Assembly (NCBI RefSeq): GCF_037042905.1
Contig: NC_087250.1
Span: 15,874,001 to 15,938,000 of the forward strand
Direction of reading: 5' to 3'
Length of the DNA stretch: 64,000 nucleotides
Origin: Lytechinus pictus
Lineage: Eukaryota
In this document: positions 59,969 through 64,000 of the stretch, piece by piece
Position numbering within the stretch: the stretch's first letter is position 1
Layout: each line of letters starts with the position of its first letter
The notes under the pieces: generated by a model
The model's database searches: none
What the model was told of the DNA's origin: nothing
What the model saw: only the letters and a program-made list of their open reading frames with translations
Position numbers and translations under genes: made by a program

Positions 59969-62585
59969 ACAGGAGAAAGGGGGGGGGTAGAGATATACAT
60001 GTAGAGAGAGAGAGGAAGATTGAACAATTTGTTGGCATCGATGTTGTGGTTCTTATCGGGGAGGGGGGGAGCATATTGCCATTTGAAGATGGACAATTTG
60101 CTTGCACATAATGAAAAAAAAGAGCTGTTATACATGTACATGACAAGGTGATATATACATGTACAATGGAAAGGGTGTCAATTGCTTTTGAACATTCACT
60201 TTTATAGGTAAAGGGTATATACAGTTGTGCTCGAAACTTTGAGAACCCCATCGCAAAATATTCATAAATAATTGCGGAGTGTTAAAATGTAGACAACAAC
60301 ACAAAACAATGTTCGGCGAGTCCAGAGAAACGTACTTTATTGAGTGTAATATTCTATCTCCTGACTTTACAGTGAAATATCTAAAATATGGCAGAATTTG
60401 AATGCTTTGAATATGTCCATTTTCTGGTGGGGTTCACCAACTTTTGAGCACCGCTGTATATCACGTGATCATGAAAATGAAATGTAGGAATTTGTTTAGG
60501 GTGTGGAAAAGGATGATTGCCCGTGTAGGGTCCAGTTTGATGATCTGTGTGTATACATGCTGTGCACCTTGTAATGACATTTCATCATCTTCTTTTTCTT
60601 TGTGTAGTTGCCCTCAGCGAGCTTGCACAAATACTAATGTAGAGAGCCTTTTACCGTTTTGTCAGAGTGGAATTAAAAAAACAGACAAACAAAATCAGAA
60701 GTGGTGTTGGATTTTCTGTTTCATCAAAATGAAAACAATAAAACAAAACAAAATCAGTAGCGGTGAACAATTTTCTGTTTCGTCAAAGCAATTATACTTG
60801 CAAATGAGTGTTTAATTTTTTAATTTTAACAAGTGCAAACATGAGAAGTCTAAAAGGTTCTTTAAGTTCCTTTATGAAGAGAAAAGTAGAAAAAATGTAG
60901 GAAATGGTAAAAAAAACCAGTTTGTTCTGTCAAATCTTTGATTACACAAAAATAATCCTTGATATTAATTGTTGATTATAAACCTTTTTTCTATGTAAAA
61001 CAAGTCAGAATCATTTTTTGCTCAATATTCTGTTTCCAAATAAGAAAAGCAAATAATCTGATTCCTACGATCAGTTTCAGTTTGGTTTATTTTTATATCT
61101 CACAATACAATGTAACATCCAACAAGAAAGAAGATATTAATGATGAAATAATAAACCCCTCGAAAAAAGTTTGGAAATCTGAGTTTGGCCATTAACTTCT
61201 CCCAACTCTCAATTTGACACAATACATGTTTGATATCATTCAAAAGATCATTTAATTCTCTTTAAAGTGATACCATGTTTGTTATGATTATGTCATCACT
61301 AAAAGAGCAGGATTCAAAAAGTCTTGGATGAGGTCTGAATTGAAAAGCTGCAAAATGAGCAGAAATAGTCACGAAGGGTCAATACAGAACATGATTGTTT
61401 TGTCTGTGTCAATAGAGATGAAAATCAATTCAAATGAAGCCCCTGCTTCTTCATTTTTGATGTTTTGATGTTTTGTTGTGGTTTATGAAACATCCAACAA
61501 GAAAGAAGAAATCATTAAAAATAAAATAATACAATAAATTACAATAATTCAATATAGATAGACAGTGGTAAGAACAGTCATTTAAATATTGTAGATTTGA
61601 GACAGATACGTCAAGATGAGTATATGAAGGGTAAACTATCAAAAAGCAGAGCTTCTTTTTTTTTTCAGTTTCCCTATTAGAGCATAACTTAAAAGTATTG
61701 CCAATTTGTTTTGATATCAATATGTTACAAAAAACAGAAAAGAAAAAATAAGTCGCCAGGTAAGGTTCTCTGTAAAAAGCGAAAATTGTAATTTAGTCTC
61801 CAAAAGCACAAAATGAAAAAATAGCTTATTTGATAGAGCAATTCTTCTTCTTTATACTGTAAAAATTTGAAGTCGTGAAGTTGAATAAAAGAAAAATACA
61901 AGAGTTTCTTGGACACTTTTTTTTCGGACTGCTTGGAAGTTTCAGTGAGATTACATAGAATGCACATCTCATTTTTGTCTGAGTGAACCGCAAACTTTAA
62001 AGAGAAATTCCAGTAGTTGCAGTAAACATTGATTTCATGAGAAAGTCTGTAAAACCAGGCTTAATTGTCAGTATATCATCGAGGATCTAGATCTGGTACA
62101 GTTACATAAACTGAACTTCGTGAAATCTTGAAATCTACGCTGAAAATTGTTCACACTGAAGATCACCAACACAGATAGGCACACGTGGGAGAGTGTATTA
62201 TTATTGCTGGAATAAAGACCCGACGGAAGTGACCGAATCCGCGCTTATTTTGCTTATTTCTCAGCAATTACACAATTTCTTCCAGAATCCTTTGGCACAT
62301 ATTTTTTATTCATACAAGTAGACACTTGGGTGGTCATTATATTAGATTCTGTAAAAAGTCATTTTGAGATCGTTACCAAAACTGGAATTTATCTTTAAAC
62401 CTTGTTTGCTCCATATATTTTAAAAGCATAGGAAGTGACTTTTCAAGCTCACGGTCGACTTATTGTTTTTTTTAATGGTGGCAGGTCACATATGCCATTT
62501 GATTTATTAATTCTTGTTGATCTTTGATTATTAGGTATTGGCTGTGAAGAAGAGGCTAACCGGAGAAGAAGGTCTATTGTTCCCG
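16121..62585 (+). CDS. C3: Complement C3-like gene, 5' part: 17 coding exons, signal peptide + beta chain + RRRR processing site; 3'-incomplete in window
   Basis: Manually spliced ORF of 2107 nt with no stops and compatible phases. Motifs include SPNVFRVG, GYVFVQTDKPIYTP, FEVKEYVLPTF, YVFGKPV, MAPQMRLIVYY, GLLAVDKAVYLL, YDTGCGPGGG and GC..NRRRRS. The DxGCxxGGG linker plus tetra-Arg site mark the C3/C4/C5 group rather than A2M. Confidence 0.93.
16209..16635. repeat. 83-bp minisatellite, ~5 units, at the start of intron 1
   Basis: CAGGGAGTGGAT recurs at 16287, 16370, 16453 and 16536. Confidence 0.92.
17380..17445 (+). mobile_element. tRNA-derived SINE head
   Basis: A-box TAGTCTAGTGG and B-box GTTCGAATC at tRNA-like spacing; no complete cloverleaf. 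Confidence 0.6.
17570..20955 (+). mobile_element. 5'-truncated Tx1/L1-clade LINE (pseudogenised ORF2), sense-oriented in C3 intron 1
   Basis: KSPGNDG, YRPISLLNVDYKILAK, DFEKAF, GVRQGDPLSPYLF, YADD and a C-terminal CSFC..EEETYDH knuckle (~19850); several stops and frameshifts; AATAAA at 20932 then an A-run. Confidence 0.93.
21176..21771. mobile_element. Kolobok-like (TTAA-target) MITE
   Basis: TTAA|AGGCATGGTCCGGGCT ... AGCCTGGACCATCCCT|TTAC; long internal palindrome. Confidence 0.75.
22428..22680. repeat. (CTTT/CCTT)n pyrimidine tract directly upstream of exon 2
   Basis: Direct reading. Confidence 0.9.
22686..22855 (+). CDS. C3: C3 exon 2 (FFMVTSPNVFRVGVPEKV...SVGE)
   Basis: Acceptor tacag after a long CT tract; donor gtatg; MG1 start motif. 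Confidence 0.92.
23664..23864 (+). CDS. C3: C3 exon 3 (ASSVEFEV...GYVFVQTDKPIYTPNQN)
   Basis: tgtag/gtaaa boundaries; conserved QTDKPIY motif. Confidence 0.95.
24016..24323 (-). mobile_element. hAT-like MITE, same family as 5179-5516
   Basis: TIR CACTAGCGTACCTA / TAGGTACGCTACTG; exact TSD ATATTATC. Confidence 0.9.
24564..24873. repeat. (CAT/CAC)n microsatellite
   Basis: Direct reading. Confidence 0.95.
25460..25512 (+). CDS. C3: C3 exon 4 (VMIKVMSLDQDMRPSDRE)
   Basis: tctag/gtatg; phase 1 to 0; MG2-type motif; absent from ORF track. Confidence 0.88.
25582..25821. mobile_element. CACTG-ended (EnSpm-like) MITE
   Basis: TA|CACTGTAAAAACTCCGGTGTTGATTT ... AAATCAACACCAGAGTTTTGGCAGTG|TA. Confidence 0.75.
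26019..28680. mobile_element. Two tandem copies of a ~1.03-kb PIF/Harbinger-like element (26019-27651 and 27655-28680)
   Basis: TIR GGGCCCGTTTCTCAACACC; layout CTG-copy1-CAG-copy2-CTG. Confidence 0.88.
26884..27485. mobile_element. Kolobok-like MITE inserted in Harbinger copy 1
   Basis: TTAA|AGGACAAGTCCACC ... GGTGGACTTGACCT|TTAA; empty TTAA site in copy 2 at 28515-28518; relative at 62828-63369. Confidence 0.9.
29313..29465 (+). CDS. C3: C3 exon 5 (IHVEIINPNG...LGIWNVTAFYGPD)
   Basis: tgcag/gtaag; NPxG and GxW motifs of MG2. Confidence 0.93.
30013..30047. promoter_or_regulatory. Pair of consensus NF-kB sites in intron 5 (GGGGAAATTCCC and GGGGAATTTCCC)
   Basis: Two exact GGGRNWYYCC matches 23 bp apart; function not shown. 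Confidence 0.4.
30531..31081. mobile_element. Kolobok-like MITE
   Basis: TTAA|AGGGGAATCCA ... TGGATTCCCCT|TTAA. Confidence 0.8.
31830..31893 (+). CDS. C3: C3 exon 6 (LNNRALKYRVKSSVTFEVKEY)
   Basis: aacag/gtgag; FEVKEY motif. Confidence 0.92.
32006..35833. mobile_element. 3.8-kb palindromic non-autonomous element, Academ-like
   Basis: Termini TAGTAGACTTGTTAA / TTAACAAGTCTACTA; 3-bp TAC on both flanks; ~1.8-kb inverted arms with a ~240-bp spacer. Confidence 0.8.
35837..38239. mobile_element. Older foldback element with ~700-bp diverged inverted arms
   Basis: GTTGGCCATACGGCGAGTC inverted to GACTCGCTGTACGGCCATC; arm homology traceable inward to ~36525/~36970. Confidence 0.75.
37440..38038 (-). 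mobile_element. LINE 3' fragment with (GAA)n tail, inserted in the right arm of the foldback
   Basis: LVRPLVEYCSSIWDP...IQRRAARFV...SFFPRTIKAWN; tail reads CTTCTTCTTCTTC on +; no counterpart in the left arm. Confidence 0.88.
38441..38868. mobile_element. Palindromic Harbinger-like MITE (partial second copy ~55368-55590)
   Basis: GGCCCAAATTCACAAAGGTGG ... CCACCTTTGTGAATTTGGGCC. Confidence 0.8.
39006..39090 (+). CDS. C3: C3 exon 7 (VLPTFSVKVETPAYILDGADSVVSTINAQ)
   Basis: tacag/gtaag; completes EYVLPTF. Confidence 0.93.
40228..40327 (+). CDS. C3: C3 exon 8 (YVFGKPVIGRYVFKYGI...GH)
   Basis: tgcag/gtgag; YxxGKPV motif. Confidence 0.93.
40341..40771. mobile_element. MITE with GCCGATGCAGAATCGGC subrepeats
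   Basis: GTGTTTACA ... TGTAAACAC ends and internal palindromes. Confidence 0.6.
43755..44221 (+). mobile_element. 467-bp MITE, copy A
   Basis: Imperfect TIR AGGCTTCACGGGCCTAAT / ATTAGGCCTGTGTTACCT; near-identical to 45229-45695. Confidence 0.85.
45229..45695 (+). mobile_element. 467-bp MITE, copy B (TA|CAGG...CCTG|TA, Tc1/mariner-pogo-like ends)
   Basis: TA on both flanks; direct repeat of copy A. Confidence 0.85.
46445..46687 (+). CDS. C3: C3 exon 9 (LNEEGSS...SSPYRFSTERTVQYFKAGLNLQIK)
   Basis: atcag/gtagg; SPY...YFKxG motif. Confidence 0.93.
47187..47405 (+). mobile_element. SINE body fragment
   Basis: CCTTCAGCAAG...TGCTGCACTCAACCCA.GTGAGGTGAA.GGGTA core and GCTATACAAAT/(TTA) tail typical of deuterostome tRNA-SINEs. 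Confidence 0.6.
47481..47684 (+). CDS. C3: C3 exon 10 (LDLTFVNGDVAPDVPV...VRVV)
   Basis: cacag/gtgag; phase 0-0; MG4-like NG..A..VPV and TD..G. Confidence 0.9.
47734..47924 (+). mobile_element. Short LTR (TG...CA, ~173 bp) followed by an 18-nt tRNA-Leu primer-binding site; internal region lost
   Basis: AATAAA at 47857; LTR ends TTCA at 47906; TGGTGGCAGCGGTGGGAT is the reverse complement of a tRNA-Leu 3' end plus CCA. Confidence 0.72.
47986..48775. mobile_element. Kolobok-like MITE containing a Harbinger-like fragment (~48402-48620)
   Basis: AGGGGTACACTAGGCTG ... CAGCCTGGAGTACCCCT|TTAA. Confidence 0.7.
49337..49468 (+). CDS. C3: C3 exon 11 (ASTVSGDYNPENQAS...RKLV)
   Basis: aacag/gtaag; phase 0-0; QAS motif. 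Confidence 0.88.
50200..51261. mobile_element. P-element-like non-autonomous element
   Basis: TIR CATAGAGCTATTACAGAA / TTCTGTAATAGCTCTATG; exact 7-bp TSD GTTGAAC. Confidence 0.8.
51969..52742 (+). mobile_element. Helentron-associated / DINE-1-like element with an internal tandem array
   Basis: T-run ends; subterminal IR GTCTCACCTGC (51975) / GCAGGTGAGAC (52708); ~4 internal units containing CATGAAACTTGG...AATCAAGTATCACTGAACATCC. Confidence 0.75.
52890..52967 (+). CDS. C3: C3 exon 12 (VGRNTEFLIQRVGSSGVPPNTNLHYL)
   Basis: tttag/gtaag; phase 0-0; VG...HYL pattern at MG5 start; absent from ORF track. Confidence 0.82.
53490..54030. mobile_element. Foldback element of TTCGTAATTCCGAAGG subrepeats (same family as 1-361)
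   Basis: Subrepeat orientation flips near 53735; right end GAAGTGTAGCCG. Confidence 0.8.
54590..54878. repeat. Degenerate (ATT)n microsatellite ending at the exon 13 acceptor
   Basis: Direct reading. Confidence 0.9.
54889..55086 (+). CDS. C3: C3 exon 13 (CITGGRIV...MAPQMRLIVYY...IADSLRLGVEEKCRQNPP)
   Basis: aacag/gtgag; conserved P..RL..YY, ADS and the Cys expected to bridge to the alpha chain. Confidence 0.95.
55764..56515 (+). repeat. ~100-bp minisatellite (8 units) whose last unit is the intron 13/exon 14 junction
   Basis: TTTTTGATTCCCTTTGTAG|CTATCATT-like unit; AG ends at 55822, 55918, 56025, 56128, 56217, 56282, 56381 and 56490. Confidence 0.92.
56491..56661 (+). CDS. C3: C3 exon 14 (LSLRILPE...GLLAVDKAVYLLRDKDRMNNRK)
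   Basis: tgtag/gtaag; AVDKAVY motif; only acceptor of the upstream array that keeps the frame open. Confidence 0.92.
56678..56934 (+). mobile_element. hAT-like MITE 16 bp downstream of the exon 14 donor (degenerate relative ~53150-53378)
   Basis: CAGGGGCGGATCCAGG ... CCTGGATCCGTGCCTG; flanks GTCGGTTA / GTCGGTAG. Confidence 0.8.
57004..57323. repeat. ~110-bp direct repeat, 210 bp apart
   Basis: GGTTTTCAG.AATTATTACGGAAAAATGAG...GGTATTTCTG at 57004 and 57214. Confidence 0.8.
58466..58540 (+). CDS. C3: C3 exon 15 (MYNRMKSYDTGCGPGGGFDTSQIFK)
   Basis: ttcag/gtaac; DxGCxxGGG linker motif. Confidence 0.95.
58735..58920. repeat. Degenerate TGTCACATGACTAC minisatellite
   Basis: Direct reading. Confidence 0.65.
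59311..59365 (+). CDS. C3: C3 exon 16 (DSGMTVLTNGNLEVGVRA)
   Basis: attag/gtaag; F.DxG..xTN motif continued from exon 15. Confidence 0.9.
59609..59881. mobile_element. Harbinger-like MITE
   Basis: CAG|GGCCACGTCTTACAAAGAGTT ... AACTCTTTGTAAGAAGGGCCC|CAG; relatives at ~41948, ~48402 and ~59383. Confidence 0.8.
60222..60456. mobile_element. Tc1/mariner-like MITE
   Basis: TA|CAGTTGTGCTCGAAA ... TTTTGAGCACCGCTG|TA. Confidence 0.75.
62001..62394. mobile_element. Kolobok-like MITE
   Basis: TTAA|AGAGAAATTCCAG ... CTGGAATTTATCT|TTAA. Confidence 0.8.
62535..62585 (+). CDS. C3: C3 exon 17 (SIGCEEEANRRRRSIVP; beta/alpha cleavage site)
   Basis: attag/gtagg; phase 1-1; Cys followed by RRRR furin-type site. 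Confidence 0.92.
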
Positions 62586-62827
62586 GTAGGACTATCATTC
62601 TTTAAATATGAATGTAATTGTGTTTTGTATTTGTTATGATATAAGTTACGTCAACAAATAACAAGTTAGATTAATTTCAAATTTGATCTTTCTTTTATTA
62701 CTACAAAGGTAAACATAGTAATAAATTATCTTGCATATCCATCATTGGGTTGAAGACATGTCAGTTGTGTAATATTCTGATTACACTTTATATCCAAACT
62801 TCTCAAAAACTGGTAAAAACTATTTAA

Positions 62828-63369
62828 AGGACAAGTCCACTCCAACAAAAAGTTGACTTGAATAAAAAGAAGAACATTCAACAAGCATAACACTGAAACT
62901 TTCATCAAAATCAGATGTAATATAAGAAATTTATAGCACCTTATTAAAGTTTTGCTTTAATTTCACAAACATTTATATGCACATCCTGGTCGGTATGTAA
63001 ATGAGGGGACTGCTGACATCACCCACTCATATTTCTTTGGTATTTCATTATATGAAATATAAAATATTTTAGTTTTCTCCTCACCTTTATGTGAAATAAA
63101 GTTTTATTCCTCCCTGAACATGTGGGATTATCATTGTTGTAACTTGTTGTGGTTTAGGCAAGGTGATACTTATCATAAAATCTGTAAAATTGAAAAAAAG
63201 AAGAAGAAATAATGAGTGATTAACATCACTGACTCTCTCATCTGCATACAACTGAGTTGTACATTTAAATGATTTGTAAAAAGGGAACTTTTTAAATGCC
63301 ATAATGCCATTATGTTCAATTCTTGTTTATTGAATGAAATCAGCATTTTTCTGAGGTGGAATTGACATC
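62828..63369. mobile_element. Kolobok-like MITE, diverged relative of 26884-27485
   Basis: TTAA|AGGACAAGTCCAC start and collinear body. Confidence 0.78.
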
Positions 63370-63377
63370 TAAGTTAA

Positions 63378-63758
63378 CCCTAAAAGGACTAGGCTATTTG
63401 AGATGTATTTAGGATGGGGGGGGGGGGTATGATGGCCCCCCTTCTGATCTCGGCGGCCGTTCGCGTGATCACGCCGAAATTTGGCACATTATTAAGCAGA
63501 CCAAATACAATGGAAAATAATCACTCTTTTATGAATTTCATCTCGCAAAGACTTTGTACACAAAGTATAAAAGTGAGCCACTTTCGGCATGACATTGTCT
63601 TGCAATAAGTCATGTGGCGTCGTGATGCTATACCCGTATGCTGTAAATTTGGTCTCAAAAGTTGCGTGAGAAATAGTCATAAAATTTTGTAGCGCTATCT
63701 TTTTGTGTTTTAGAATTATTGCGCAAAGCTATCATGGCCCCCCACAGTCCTTTTCGGG
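63378..63758. mobile_element. piggyBac-like MITE
   Basis: TTAA|CCCTAAAAGGACT ... AGTCCTTTTCGGG|TTAA. Confidence 0.8.
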
Positions 63759-64000
63759 TTAAAGTCCACAATGCTGGCGATGATGAGATGTTGAGACGCG
63801 ACGGATAATTAGAGTCACTGTAACGCACTGAAATGTCTGTGAAGACGAAATCGATGATGATAAACAGTCGATTTCAGCAACCCATGGGTTGAAAAGTGTT
63901 CCCTAGAACAGTTTGATGAGATCTGAGAATTCCTCTCTTAAAATAGTTGCAAACAATTCATTGATAACATGAAATAATTTCACAGAAGTTAAAGCAGTAT

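Noticed and set aside
16121..62585. Alpha-2-macroglobulin or CD109 as the gene identity
   Set aside because: The DTGCGPGGG linker motif with paired Cys and the RRRR site at ~residue 695 favour the C3 group; final proof needs the alpha chain.
63765..63810. Possible C3 exon 18 after AAAG
   Set aside because: No pyrimidine tract, a stop in the required phase (GGA TAA) and no anaphylatoxin-type cysteines; the next exon is probably outside the window.

Overview
AT-rich, repeat-dense animal genomic DNA; the repeat landscape and the gene suggest a marine deuterostome, probably a sea urchin (inference). The single host gene is a + strand complement C3-like thioester-protein gene. I assembled 17 coding exons by hand (16121-62585, all GT-AG and phase-compatible, 2107 nt, about 702 codons). 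They encode the signal peptide, the whole beta chain (MG domains and linker) and the RRRR beta/alpha processing site; the alpha chain lies beyond the window. The rest is transposon-derived: decayed CR1/L2-type and Tx1/L1-type LINEs, a short LTR with a tRNA-Leu primer-binding site, SINE pieces, a Helentron-associated (DINE-like) element, and many non-autonomous DNA elements (hAT-, Harbinger-, Kolobok-, piggyBac-, EnSpm-, Tc1-, P- and Academ-like). The most unusual observations are a minisatellite built from the exon-14 splice acceptor (7 decoy acceptors before the real one), a minimal hammerhead ribozyme in a Penelope-like inverted-repeat remnant, a 3.8-kb Academ-like palindrome whose arm identity drops in a step, and consensus NF-kB sites upstream and in intron 5. 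No prokaryotic-type system (CRISPR etc.) is present. Superfamily labels rest on termini and TSDs read by eye.
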